Source: Salpingoeca rosetta
Lineage: Eukaryota > Protista > Choanoflagellata
Assembly: GCA_033442325.1 (NCBI GenBank)
Contig: JAWQFM010000024.1
Coordinates: 951,180-1,015,179, forward strand
Direction of reading: 5' to 3'
Length of the DNA: 64,000 nucleotides
The notes beneath the pieces are model-generated. The model was not told the DNA's origin, ran no database searches, and worked only from the letters and a program-made list of their open reading frames with translations. Of the stretch, positions 19,889-33,225 are shown in pieces. Within the stretch, counting starts at the first letter, position 1; each line of letters starts with the position of its first letter. Both the position numbers and the translations under genes were made by a program.

Positions 19889-21816
19889 AATGCGTACGAC
19901 GCGACATGTGCGAGTCTCAACAAATGAAGCAAACGTCCGCAGGACACAAGAAAGACGATTTCTCTTGGGGGGGGGCGGGCGTACCATCTTCTCCAGGTCC
20001 TTGCCGTACATGGTCTTGAACTTGAGCTTGATTTCCTGTCGCTGACGCGTGCTCCGGTACGCAACCACCTGCAGTGATGTGACAACACGTCGCACATGCA
20101 GCACGACACGACAATTGGGAGGGGGCGGCGTTCGAGGGAACAGACACAGAGAACATCCACAGCACACAAAACACACACAAACACACACAACATAGCACCG
20201 CAGCTCGGCATGCACACACGCACGCACACACGCACACACACATACACGCACACACACGCACACAAACATACACGCACACACACGCACACAACGCACGCAC
20301 ATACACACACACAACGCACATTAATGACGGTGCCCTTGTCGCAGCCGAGGCCTTTCATGGCCTTGCGCAGGGCGGCGGAATCCGCTTCCGGATCAAACGC
20401 AGACGAAGGGCGACACGTGCCTGTGGAGGGTTACAGACCACACAACAACAGAACGAGTGCGCGCGCACACATGCAAACATGCCGTGACAAACAACACAGT
20501 GTGAGATCCACAAGTCAGAGGAATGCAAGACAGGTTCCCGGTTTCCTTACACGCACACACACATAACACAAACACAAACACAAACACTAACACTAACATA
20601 CAAACACAAACACAAACACAAACACAAACACGCACACACACATAACACAAACACAAACACAAACACTAACACTAACATACAAACACAAACACAAACACAA
20701 ACACAAACATACACGTGCGCACGTGCACACACACGCACATGCACGCACACACGTTAGCACGCATGTTACCGTGTGTTTGCGGCTCCTCGATGGCCAGGGT
20801 GGACATGGAGAGCGTCAAGTCGTCCTCATCATCGGTTGTCGACAGCGTTGACTGACGCCTCCCTGGCGCCTGTGCTGATGCTGGTGGCGCAGGGGCTTGG
20901 CCAGGCGGCTTGGGCGCAGAGCCCCCGTACACGCTCCCGGTGTGCGAAGGTGGAGGTGGCGCAACGTGCTGTGGCTGATACTGTGGCTGGCCCGGTGGTG
21001 GCGGCTGCTGCTGGTATTGCTGCTGCTGCTGCTGCGGGTATGGCTGCTGTGGCTGGTGCTGCGGCTGGGGCGGAGGCGGAGCGTAGCCATGGTGAGGCTG
21101 TGGCGGCGGTGCTTGGCTGTACGGCTGAGAGTGAGCCGGTGGCGGTGGCGCGTGGCCATACGGTGCAGGCTGCTGGTGCTGCTGCTGCTGCGGAGGTGGA
21201 GGCGCTGGGTACCCAGGCTGCTGCTGGTGTTGCTGCGGATAGCCGTAAGGTTGCTGCTGCTGAGGTGGAGGAGGTGCACCGTAGGGTGGCTGGTGTTGCT
21301 GCGGCGGGGGTGGTGCACCGTACGGTGGTTGCTGCTGCTGTGGATAGCCGTAAGGCGGTTGCTGCTGTTGCTGGGGTGGTGGAGGTGCACCGTATGGCGG
21401 TTGGTGTGGGTGTTGCTGAGGCGGAGGTGGCGCGCCGTAAGGGTAACCGGGCTGCTGCTGTTGGCCTGGTGGCGGAGGTGCCGGGTGCCCTGGTTGAGGG
21501 TACCCCGGGTAGGGCGGCTGCTGTCCTGGGTAGCCTATCCAATACACACACGCGCACGAAGAGCAGTGACAAGCACCATGCACACACACACACACACACG
21601 GACACAGGTATGAAGCGGTGTCAATTTCATTGCAAAAACACACACACACACACAAGTGAGACGTATAGTGAACACTGTCACCAATGTAACAACCAACAGG
21701 CCCAATTGATCGACAAGCAAGCACAGAGGACAAGCAGCAGCCAAGCACCACCCAGACTTGCCACCACCACATCCCCCATCTCCCATCAGCACACCACACC
21801 CACCATGATACGACAT
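17244..21816 (-). CDS. Annexin with long Pro/Gln/Tyr/Gly-rich N-terminus (annexin A7/A11-like)
   Basis: N-terminal ([11 protein letters not shown])-type repeats in exon ~21535-20770. Four annexin repeats: [36 protein letters not shown] and GLGTDE. Also '[11 protein letters not shown]' and 'REMSGDL'. Last exon is '[18 protein letters not shown]', with TAG at 17246-17244. Confidence 0.95.
20563..20712. repeat. Intronic tandem duplication (~78 bp x2) built on (AAACAC)n
   Basis: 'acacataacacaaacacaaacacaaacactaacactaacatacaaacac...' occurs twice in the annexin intron. Confidence 0.8.
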
Positions 21817-22245
21817 CGTTGTTGTTGGCTTCTTGGGGTTTTGTGGGGTTTTGTGGATGGTTGGAAATTTATGTATGTCACAGCCAATCGCCAACCTCCC
21901 AGGAGGCACAGCGAAGAAGAACAGGAAGGAGCGAAAGGACTTTGTGGCGGGTCACGTGCCCTGCGTGCCAGCGTCGAATAAGCCAACAACCCTCTGACAT
22001 GCACTTAGTGCAGAGCCACTGTTTCCTCTTCCGCTTGTGCTTTATTTGCTCAATCGTTTGCTCATTCGTTCGTTCAATCGCTTAGGAGCACTTACAAAGC
22101 AGGCACACATGGCACACAAGGCACAGCTAAAGAACCAATGTAAGTAAAGCAAGGCAAATTAGGATGACTATGGTGGATCCTCTCGGATCAAGAAAGCAAA
22201 CTCGACCACGCAACATCACAAATCAGACCCTCACAAGCAACACGC

Positions 22246-22331
<86 letters not shown>

Positions 22332-22366
22332 ACACCGCTCATGACGCCGCTCACTCAAAAGCATGG

Positions 22367-25300
22367 CTAACACTCCGCTCCTGCTTGCTCTTTCTCCCCT
22401 GCTCTTCTGCGTGAAGGCACAAGAGGCATGTCCCGCAAACTCTCGCCAAACATATATCTGGAAGGAGTCATGGCTGGAACCAGCCCAGCCATGCCATGCG
22501 TCACCCGCTCAAACACAAACGCCTCCTCATCCTCCCCATGGACATTGTCTGTGTTGCGTTGCTCTCCCCTTTGCCATCTTCGAGCGCGCTTGGCGTCGTC
22601 GCATTGTTGCGCATCATCATCGCCATGTGTCTCTGACTCCACAACCGATTCCTCATCGTCAGTGTTGTCGTCGCCCCCACCACGCTGGCACGTGCCAGCT
22701 GTACGGACGTCACTTCGCTGCACGCGCCACAGCTGCCGCATGCCGCTGTTACCGCTTCCGCTGCGACACTCGGCAACAGCGTTGAGGTTCATCACATCCC
22801 CCATCTCCTCCCCTTCTTCCTCACCTTCCTCCACTTCTTCCACCCATTCTTCTTCTTCTTCCTCCTCCTCCTCCTCCTCTTCCTCGTACCGCTCTTGAAT
22901 GCCATGGAGCAGCCGGCCACTCCTGCACAAACTCTCTTGCTCCTCTTTCTCTTCGTCCTCCTCAAGATGACACGCATGCCAGGCACCACGTGCTTGCACC
23001 GGCACCGGCACCGCGTTGCACTGCACTTCCAGCTCCGCCTGTGCCCCGGTATCTCGTGTCGCTCGGCCGAGTGGCCGCAGCCGCGTGTACGTTGACAAAC
23101 GCGAGTGAGGGCCCACTGATGGTGGTTCGCTTGAAGAAGGGTGCGTGCTTGCCCACGCAGCGAAGGAGCAGGCAGTTGGCGACATTGCCGTGGGCGGACG
23201 ATGCGAGGACGAGGAGGTGCAGCGTCGTAGTGGCCGCAGCTCAATCCGCTCGTATGTAGCTCTGCCCCCATGATGTGTGACGTGTGGAGACGAGGAGGCA
23301 GCAGATGCCACGTCAGTAGTGGTCGGCAAATGCGGTGATGAAGAATACACAGATGACTCGTCCTGAACAGCAGACAGCGGCATGTCATCGATGGAAGTGC
23401 TCAGATGGTGCTGCACCCCTGGTCGCGTCATTTCGGCCGCTTGCGTCCCTGACAGATGTGCTTGTTGCCACAAGTGCGCCGTGTGAGGAGGCTGGTGTGT
23501 TCTCGTGCCTGCAGGCATGTCTGGTGTGTCTCTGTCCTCTTCATCGCAGGATGGAAGCAGCATATCAAGGCTCGTGGTGCTGTGGCCATGACCGTGATCG
23601 TACCCATGGCGTTGGTGAGAGCGTGCGTGACGGCTGGCATAGCCGTGCTGGAAGCGACCATCATCGCCATCACCATTAACAGTGCATGGCGATGAGGTGG
23701 AAGCCAACCCAATCGATGATGACGCGGACAGAGATGTACTTGAGAGCGACGGTACGGGGCGGAGCTTGGGCTCCCCACGGCACGGAACCAGGCACCCCAG
23801 CCGCGCCCAGCCGCACCCGTGCTGGTCAACGACAACACCATCGTCGTCGCCGCCGCCGCCATCGCCATGGCGTTGCCGGCGATGCCCTTGGTGCTGTGCC
23901 CGCTCCCGGTGTCGGCGGGCTGTGCTGGCTTGACTCGTGCCTCTTGCATGTCGTCCAGCACCAGTGCTGGTGCTGGTGCTGGTACTGATGACAGACAGGG
24001 CGGACTCTCGGCGTCTGGTGGATCCGCAACGCACGTGAGGAATGGCCGGAGCAGGCTTGTCACGCAGCACCACCACCAGCACAACGCACGCCGCCACCAC
24101 AATGACCACGCACACTGCGCCCAGGGCCACGAAGACCATGAGGTGCGATCGCGCTGCTTCTCCTCCTTGGTCGCCGCTCTGGCCATTGTCGCCGCCACCG
24201 CCGCCACCGGCACCGCCGCCATCACCACCACTGCCGCTGCCGTCACCGGCGCCATCACCTCCGCCGCCACCACGCCCACCGGCAGTGGTGGTGATCACGG
24301 ACGGTGACAGGGACGTTGGCCGCCCCACAATCATGCCACCGCTTCGGGGATCAACAACGGTGAAGGCGTCGAGGCTGAGCAAGCGAGCGGCTGCGTTGTC
24401 ATCCTGCAAGTCCAAAAGCGCGGCAAAGACGGGCGCTTTCATCCACCGCACGCCAACAAAGCCGACGGCAAGCACAGGCGGTGTGCGCACGGCGGCTGCC
24501 AGCGCGGCCTCCACACGCTCACGCTCATGGTCGGAGGAGAAGTTGAGCATGGGCACAGTGACGGTGACGGTGACCAGGTGTGTCACGGGGGCGATGGAGC
24601 ACAAGCGGTCGGAGGAGAAGGTGGGCGCGCGCACCTCGTAGGCTGGGGGTTTGCACGCAGTCATGTTTGCGCATTCACAGTCCGACGTTGGCGTGGGTGG
24701 CACAGCCATGTACTGCACATCCCAATCGCATGGCGTCACGTCACTGCACGTGCGGTCTGATGTCACGGTTGGGGCGCGCTCTTCAAATTGCATTTCGCCA
24801 CAGGTGGTGACCGGCTGGCAGACAGTGTCCATAGCACCAGATGCTGCGCGCGCGCGGAAAAACGCGGGAAAGTCGCACTCGGTGATATTTGCACACTGCA
24901 CATCGCTCGTGCTCGTCGGCTCCCCGGCTACGTACTCCTGCAGACATCAAACAGTGGTATTGGGAGTATGTCAGTGGGGTGGCAACCGTGTGCATGTGTG
25001 TCTGTGAGGGGCGTGTGCACATGCAAATGCAACTGCGTGTCTGTGCATGCCACCAAACATGCATCCATTTGTGTGCGTTTCATCGAGGATACCAACACAG
25101 AACACATCAACAGCCGTGAATCTGTCGAGACATCGGCAGCGCGCAAGCATGGGTCCACGTCCCGGACACGTACAGATGCTGTGCACTGAGAGTAAGGCGC
25201 GCAGACGATGTTTGATGTTGTGGTGGCTGGTGCCACCTGGTACGATGTGGCGGGGCAGTGCTGAACCGGTACGCACGTGCGGTCTGTTGTCGGGGTGGCC

Positions 25301-25397
25301 TCCACCAGCACATACGTGTCTCCAAGTGTTGGTGCACATGATCGTGTGTGCAGATGGTGAGATAGTGTGTGTGTGCAGATGGTGAGATAGTGTGTGT

Positions 25398-25447
<50 letters not shown>

Positions 25448-27284
25448 CAGGTCAAGAAGCAAACCCCCTCTTCCCTCTGCATGTTGAAGGGCACTCACAA
25501 GGACGGCAGTTGGTATGGGCGTCACACACGCGATCCGTCGTTGGCGTTGGCGCCTTCGTCTGCCCAGAATGTGTGTGAGAGTGAGAGAGAGTGAGTGAGT
25601 GAGAGTGAGTGTGAGTGTGTGAGAGAGTGAGAGAGAGTGTGTGTGTGTATACGAGAGGATGTGACTTGTGGTGAGAAAGTGTGGTCACAGAGAGGGTGTG
25701 CGCACTTGGCTCAACCACAAGCAGCAACAACGACAGTTGCCCCCGCCCCAACTACATGGAAGTCTGGCACGGCGCACCTCATATTGCCCAGGCGCACACT
25801 CAGTCAAGTGCTCGCAACGCGTGTCTGTTGTGGCGGTGGGCGCCTGAAGCATGTACTCGCCCGGGTGACACACGCGGGCGTAAACGCACTGGCGATCACA
25901 TGTGGGCGTTGGCGGCGTCCATTCAAACTCTCCGCGCTGGTAGAGGAAAGGGGGGGGGGGGAGGAGGCAGAGAGAAGAAGGGAAGGGGATTCAAAGACAA
26001 GCAAGCAGACATATGGTGGTTACTCTAGCTCGAGCTCATGGTGAAGGTACTACACCGTACATACAATGTGCCCGTATGTCTCGAATCGACGCGCGAGCGA
26101 GCACTTGAGCAAACATCCTTGCAAACACAACGACACAAGCAGTACGCCTGCGGACACAAGGGTGCGCACACACCTGGCATGATCGAAAGGGCTTGCAAAC
26201 ACGATCTGAAGTGGCGGTGGGCCGCACAGCCTCGTATTCTTGACTACTGCACGTGCTGACATTTGAGCATGCGGCGCCCGCGTGAGCGGTAGCCAGCAAC
26301 GCCACGTATTGGCTACAAGCACAAAATTCGCATGCATGCATGCATGCAAACAAACGTAGATTAGGTATGACGCGGTGAGCATTGGTTGGGAAGCGCTGTA
26401 GAATGAGCCGAATGCGCAGTGTGATCGTGCGTGTGTGGTTGGTTCAGGGAGAGAGTCGAGTGCGCATGCAAGAGCGCTCCACTGAGCCATGGTTTGTTGA
26501 ACAGGACGAGTGCAACGTGTGTGAGTGTTCTGTGCACGGTGCAGCAGTGCCAACGCACCTGCCGCCGCAGGTGGTCATGTTGGAGCACAATCGGTCAGAG
26601 GTGAGCGTCGGCGAGCGCGCCTCATATTGGAGCGCGGAGCAGCGGGTGCAGCGCTGGCACACACGGTCGCTCGTCAGTGTGGGGGGTGTGACCTCATACT
26701 GCGCAAATGCACGAGTTCAGAGAGAAGTGGGGGAGGGTGAGGACTGGTTGTTAGTCGCTTCTGTGCAGCGTATCGCAAGTGGTCCGTCTGCCTCGGCACC
26801 ATCAACAAACCACGCGTCATTCACACCTACACACACATATCTCCACACTCACACATTCACTCACACGCTAACACACTCACTGATGCTCACACTCTCTCAC
26901 TCACACACACACACACACGCACACAAAACCTCACACACACACAAAACCTCACGCACCTCATCCAAGTGAAAGCTGCAAGTGGTCAGAGGCACGCAGTCTT
27001 GAGCCTGAATGTCGTAATACTGTGCACTTGTGCAGCCTGTTGCTGTGGTGTTTGTGGCTGCGCAAGCAAAGGCAAGCCACCCCAGATAAAGACATGACAT
27101 GATATGATGTTGGCGATGAGTGCGTGGCAATTTGCAGGGGGTACCAATGATGAGCGCAAAGGACATGTGCTGTCTTGTGGGACATGTGACGGATCATCTC
27201 ACCAGCGCAGACAGCATCGGATGTCAGGGTTGCGGCCGTGGCCTCCACTTCGCATCGAGACACCGCTGCACAGTTGTGTGATTT

Positions 27285-27330
<46 letters not shown>

Positions 27331-27686
27331 GTGAGGGAGAATGGGAGGATGGTGTGCGAGTGTCGAGGTGAGACAACACGATGAGCAAAAATAAACAAGG
27401 TCAAATCAGAAAGCAGATATTGAGCCAGAAAAGCAGAGACATGGCACATGAAGGTGTTAAAGGGCTTGTAAGAAGTATGGCGCGAAGCATGAAAGGATAA
27501 AACAACACGCACAACATACATTGACAGATGCGATCGCTGGTTGGCGTTGGCGGCTTGACTTGAAACGTCTGGCCGAGCACACACACTGTTGTGTTGTGAC
27601 ACACACGGTCTGCAGAGATGAATGGGTGGATGTGGGTAAGTGCAGGTGAAAACTGAGCATAACCAAACACAGAGAGAGAGAGAGAG

Positions 27687-27736
<50 letters not shown>

Positions 27737-30364
27737 GAGCAAACATACAAAGGGCTGTGAGCAGCTCATGTATGCATGCATGCATGCAAGCAAACGCAAA
27801 CGCAAACGCAAACGTACTGGGTTGTGTCTGTGTTCTGGCATGGACGTCCTCAAACTGGTGAGGATGACACGGTGGGAGATGGCGGCAGACTGTGTCTGAC
27901 GTTGACGTGGCAGGGCGAGCCACGTACTGTGCGCTCGCGTTACATGCTGTGACGGCAGTGCACACGCGGTCTGTGGAAGGCGTGGGTGGTGTCACTTCAT
28001 ACTCCACACCAACTGGCGCACAGGAGCGCGCGGGCGTGCACTTATCGCTGCAGCTGTGGCTTGCCTTGAAGAAACCGAGCGGACACGTCACGATGTGGTT
28101 GAGGTTGCGTAGGGAGGGGACCCCAACCAGCTGCACACCAGGTGGGCACGATGGCTGGGACGTGCATGTGATGTCGCCCGGCCAAATTGTGTATGTGCCT
28201 GGAGCGCATGGCTCGCACGTTGGGTTGTCATTTGCACCGCCACTACCACTGCCGTTGCTGTCTGTGATGGAGCCAATGTGGCGGTAACCGGGGGCGCACA
28301 GACAGAGGCGGTCTGATGATGGGGTTCCCTCTCGTCCAATCACGTGCATGCTTGGGTCGCACTGAGAAAACCTGGAGCACTCGAGTGCATTGTGTGTTTC
28401 TGAAAAGGTGCCTGCTGGACAAGCAATGCACACGCGATCTCTCGTCGCTGTGTGTGTGTATGTATGTGTGTGACGATGTGTGTGTGTGTGTGACGATGTG
28501 TGTGTGTGTGTGACGATGTGTGTGTGTGTGACGATGTGTGTGTGTGTGACAAGGTGTGGTGAGATGATGATGATGTGGCTTTGTTGAAGGGAATAGCCAA
28601 CCCAATACGAAGCAACACGAGCATTGAACATTCAACATTGACTGCGTTCACATCACTGCACGTCAACAATCGACACTCCTGCGCTTACGTGTTGCTTGCA
28701 GAAAAACCTTGGTGCCGGGAGGGCAGTTTGTCAGCGGGAGGCAGATGCCCAACTTGTTATCGAACCACTCTGCCTCTGAGCATGGCCGTGCATGCGCAAC
28801 GCTGGGGTCCTTGAGCTCTGCGACCGAGAAGGGCAAAGTCAGCAGAGGGCGTGAGCTGCGTGTGTGATTCACTCGGTGCCACAACACGCAAAAGGTTTTT
28901 CACACAGCGCCTACACATTGACGCACGTCTGTAGGCACACACGCGCTCGTACTCACCGCAACGGCAGTCGGGGCATGTCCAGGAAAAGTAGTGCAACTCC
29001 GGAGGTGGAAGGTCTGGCTCAAGGTCACAAAGCTGGGGAAGCGTGGCAATGCGACACAGCCCGAGAGAATCGACACACTGAAACCGCGGATCTTGACACA
29101 AGCAGTCGCCGTCATTGTCCAGAAACGCACCATGCGGGCACTTGCTTCTTGGGGAGGAATCTTCGCGTGGTAGTGCGTGTGTGGGGGGGGGGGGAGGATG
29201 GTTAAGTGGGTGTACATGCGTGTCCGCCATGTATGTGCACGTGTGAGTGAGGGTGTGTGAGTGAGTGGGTGTTGTGTGTGTGTGTGCACGTGTGAGTGAG
29301 TATGTGTGTGGGTGAGTGGGTGTACATGCGTGTCTGCCATGTGTGCGCACGTGTGAGTATGTGTGTGGGTGAGTGGGTGTACATGCGTGTCTGCCATGTG
29401 TGCGCATGTGTGTGTACGTGTGTTCGTTTGTCGGCTCAATCTCAATGTCTTGCTGAAGGCGGAGAGTTCAGGCGCAATGTGGAAGTGTTGTGGAAGCACA
29501 AGAACACGAGCGCAGTGCAGAAGAGCTGGCACGCGGAACAGCCTGCGCAGCAGACAGCCTGCGCGCATGGCTAGGTGTGATGCATGTGCAAGCGTGTAGG
29601 TGCACTTACTGCAAATGCAGTCCGGACACGATGTGGAGAAGAGGGAGAAGCGGCGGTGGTTGACGGTTTGCTGCGTGCACGCTGTTCCCTGGCACTCGAA
29701 GCCATTGTCACACACGCATCGGCCGTCAACGGCGATTGTGCCGTGCAAGCACTGCTCCAATGGCACGCTGGATCCCGCGGCATCTGCGTTGGTGTTGTCG
29801 TTGACAAATCAAGCGAGCAAGCAAGCAAGCAGCAAGGGAAGGGTGTTTGCACAAATGCCACACAGCAACGGCGGCAAAGACGAAAGTGAGACAACGAAAA
29901 CACAAGTTCACATGGCGACTAACGTAAAGTGTGCATTGAGATGCCTGCAGGCAAGCACATCGTTCACGAGCGGGGGTAGCGGGAAGGGAAAGACAGACAG
30001 CATGCATGCATGAACACATCCACCAAAACGGCAGGCGTGGTGTTGCAACATAACCCCTCTTTTGAGGTAAAGGAGAGCGGTTGCTGCTCGTCGCTCGTCC
30101 ACATGTGCGTGAACACAATTGATCTGTTTCCCACTTCAACCGATCTTGCCTGCAAGCACCCCACGCCAACACCTGATTGCTTGCACACGAGAGCAAGAGG
30201 ACAAGCATACCGGTTTGATGATGATGTGCCGATGAGACCAGAAGCACAAGGAGGATGACGGAGGAGAAGATTGTTGGTGGAAGCCAGGTGCGGCGTTTGG
30301 AGGATGCTCCACGGCCAGATAGCCTCACGGCACACGGGCGCCAGCTGACAACTTTGAGCGTCAT
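22367..30364 (-). CDS. Single-pass receptor with many TNFR/GCC2-GCC3-like Cys-rich repeats and a long disordered cytoplasmic tail
   Basis: At least 15 repeats of the form C..C...(Q/E)YE...PT.TSDRVC across many exons. Ephrin-receptor-like 'CPAGTFS' and 'CEPCAPGTY'. The last exon (~24938-22367) encodes the final repeats, TM 'LMVFVALGAVCVVIVVAACVVLVVVL' and a tail of ~560 aa. The putative first exon has a hydrophobic leader; the start and exon 2 are uncertain. Confidence 0.8.
29200..29410. repeat. Intronic minisatellite (~58 bp unit, ~3 degenerate copies)
   Basis: The core 'gtgggtgtacatgcgtgtc(c/t)gccatgt(a/g)tg' recurs three times. Confidence 0.75.
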
Positions 30365-30875
30365 GTCTCTCACTCAGCACAACATGTATTGGTGGTGGTG
30401 GTGGTGGTGGCAGGTAGTGTGGTGGTGGTGGTGCGCTCAAGCACATGAAAGCGACGAAGGAGGAGAAGAAGAGGAAGGAAATAAATGGCGCGTGTTCTCT
30501 TCTCGCTCTTGCTCTCTTGCTGAGAGGAGAAAGATTGAGTGTCTTCCTGGCTGGCTTGCGCTCGTCAAAAGACCCACGATCGAGCAAGCGAAGAATGGAA
30601 GGAAAGGGGAGGCGAGGATTGTGAGCAACAAAACACACAAGAAGAAGGGAATAAAAGTGGGAAGACCTCGGGCAAGAAGGAAACACAAAGGAAGGAGAGT
30701 GACAAGAAGGCAGTCAGCGCAACCAACAACGAAAGAACGAAAGACACGGCTAGGCTAGGTCGACAACCAGAAGAGGGCGAAACGTTGCCCACGTCGACTT
30801 TGGACAGGGCAGACGAAGGGCCCATGCAGAAAAAAATTTATGCAATTAATTCACATGCATGAACGACAAACAACC

Positions 30876-31347
30876 ATGCCTGTCACGGTTGTGTTGCAAA
30901 AGACAAACGGCGTGGAGTTGCAGGTCAGTGACGATGATGGCGATGAGGATGATGGCGATGGAGAGGGTGGAGCGCGGAGGAGAGCGGAGGAACGGAGGGA
31001 ATGAGACACGGATAAGAGAATGAGACATGGAGAAGGAGACATGGCAAGCAAGTGAGTGGTATTGCTTGCAGGTGCGCTGGTGCAAACGTAGAGAGTGTGG
31101 ACGGCTCATGCACCAGCCCATACACTCTCAAACGCACGCCATGTACTGTGTCCACGCATGTATGCCCTGCCTGCCTGGTGTAGGTGGATCCTGATGAGGA
31201 TGAGTGGGTGAAGATTGGCAAGGGGGTCATCATCTTTGTGGCCTTTTTGAAAGATACCACTGCCGACCAGCTCCCAGCCATTGGTGGGTGTGTTTGTGTG
31301 GTTGTGTGGTTGTGCATGCGCTTGTGTGCGTGTGTGTGCGTGTGCGC

Positions 31348-31400
<53 letters not shown>

Positions 31401-31700
31401 GTGTTGTCGTGNNNNNNNNNNNNNNNNNNNNNNNNNNNNNNNNNNNNNNNNNNNNNNNNNNNNNNNNNNNNNNNNNNNNNNNNNNNNNNNNNNNNNNNNN
31501 NNNNNNNNNNNGTTACACAATAATTTCCTCTCGTCTATCGTCCTGCCTCCTATCCTTTAATACGCCACCATTACACAGTATTCATATCCACCTCACTCCA
31601 GAACAATCCGCCCGAAACAACTCCATCAACATCGTCTCCTTTGACGTATGTGGTTAATCATCACTCGCCCACTTTCGCCGTGAAACAACAAGAACTGAGA

Positions 31701-31732
<32 letters not shown>

Positions 31733-32794
31733 TGTTTGCGTGTGTGTGCGTGCGTGTTTGCGCTTGTTTGTGTTTGTGTGTGTTTGTGTGTGTGTGTGTG
31801 TGTGTCTTCTCTTGCTTATCGGACTGTTGCCATGGAAGTGTCCCTTTTCCCTCTGACCACGTCCATCGCACACGCACACGCAACTTCAACTGCATTGTTG
31901 CAGTGAAGAAGTTGCTTCATCTCAAGTACTGTGAGCGGGCGAGCATCCTGGAACAGCGGCGGGACGTGCTGCTTGTGCCCCAAGCAACGCTCGGTGGCAA
32001 GATCAAGGGCAAACAACTCCAGTACGTGCTGCATGTGTGTGTGTGTGTGTGTGTCTGCGTGTGTCTGCGTGTGTGTGTGTGTATGTGTGCGTGTGTGTGT
32101 GGGTGGGTGGGTGTGTGTGTGTGTGTGCGTGTGTGTGTGTGTCTGCGTGTGTCTGCGTGTGTGTGTGGGTGTGTGTGTGTGGGTGTGGGTGTGTGTGTAT
32201 GTGTGCGTGTGTGGGTGTGTGTGTGTGTGTGTGTGGGTGTTTGCTTCTGCGCCAGGTTGTGTGCAGACTCCAGGACCATGTGTTGCGTGTCGCCATGCCT
32301 CCTTGGTGGCACCTTTGCTTCGGTCGTAGACGGCCACTCATCCCAAAGCACTGCACTGTGCACACAGGTATCATGGGAATGTGTCAAAGGATGAGGGGCG
32401 GGACCTCTTCATGGCGCTGATTGCGGAGTTTCAAAAACAGGTGAGTGAGCGTGCGTGTGTGTGTGTTTGTGCGTTACGGAGAGAAGCACTCTGCAGTTGT
32501 TTGCTGCCATGGCCTGGGAACAGTATCGCGAGGAAAGAAGCCTTCAAGGCTGACAGCTCACATGCGCTATTGCCTCTGCGTTCGGTGCCTTTGCATGCAT
32601 ACTCAGTTGGAAGAAGCAGGTGTGGGTGACAGCATCACCTTCAAGCATGGTACGTGTGTATTGTGTGTTTGAGACAGTGCGTGGTGTGTATGTGTGTAGG
32701 TGTGTTGCGCAGGTGGCCGTTTGTGATGTTGAAACCCGCACAAACACACTCACACACACACATCTCTCTCTCTCACACATATCACACACACACA

Positions 32795-32828
<34 letters not shown>

Positions 32829-32922
32829 AACCGCTTGCGTAGGAACTTATGGGAATATTCAGCGCATGCGAAACATGAGTAACGACGGCCCCTTCACACA
32901 CACCTTCACCTTCCCAAGTTAA
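30876..32922 (+). CDS. DTD2: D-aminoacyl-tRNA deacylase 2 / ATD
   Basis: Six exons splice to [16 protein letters not shown]|[23 protein letters not shown]..|..[16 protein letters not shown]|[10 protein letters not shown]..|..KHG|[32 protein letters not shown] and GPFTH are ATD/DTD2 signatures. There is an alternative in-frame ATG at 30855. Confidence 0.92.
31412..31511. other. Assembly gap (100 N)
   Basis: N run inside DTD2 intron 2. Confidence 1.
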
Positions 32923-33156
32923 CTGACAGTGCATAAACGCCACACAACACCGAAACACAGCAACTTCCAAGAAAGAACATGCCTCGGTGTGTTCACAGAG
33001 ATCATCGCACAAGACACACAGACACACAGACACAGACACACACACAGACACACACACAGACACAGACACAGACACACACACACACAGACACACACACACA
33101 CACACACACAGACACACACACAGACACACACACAGACACACACAGACACACACACA

Positions 33157-33225
<69 letters not shown>

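Noticed and set aside
20773-21981. 402-aa + strand Ala/Val-rich ORF
   Set aside because: Antisense shadow of the annexin Pro/Gln-rich exon.
28465-29410. Regularly spaced short repeats (tgtgacgatgtgtg..., 58-bp units) resembling a CRISPR array
   Set aside because: There are no unique spacers and no cas genes, and the context is a eukaryotic intron; these are minisatellites.
31512-31680. Compositionally odd AT/C-rich stretch after the gap, suggestive of foreign DNA
   Set aside because: It is short and at a contig edge, most likely low-quality read-end sequence within a DTD2 intron.
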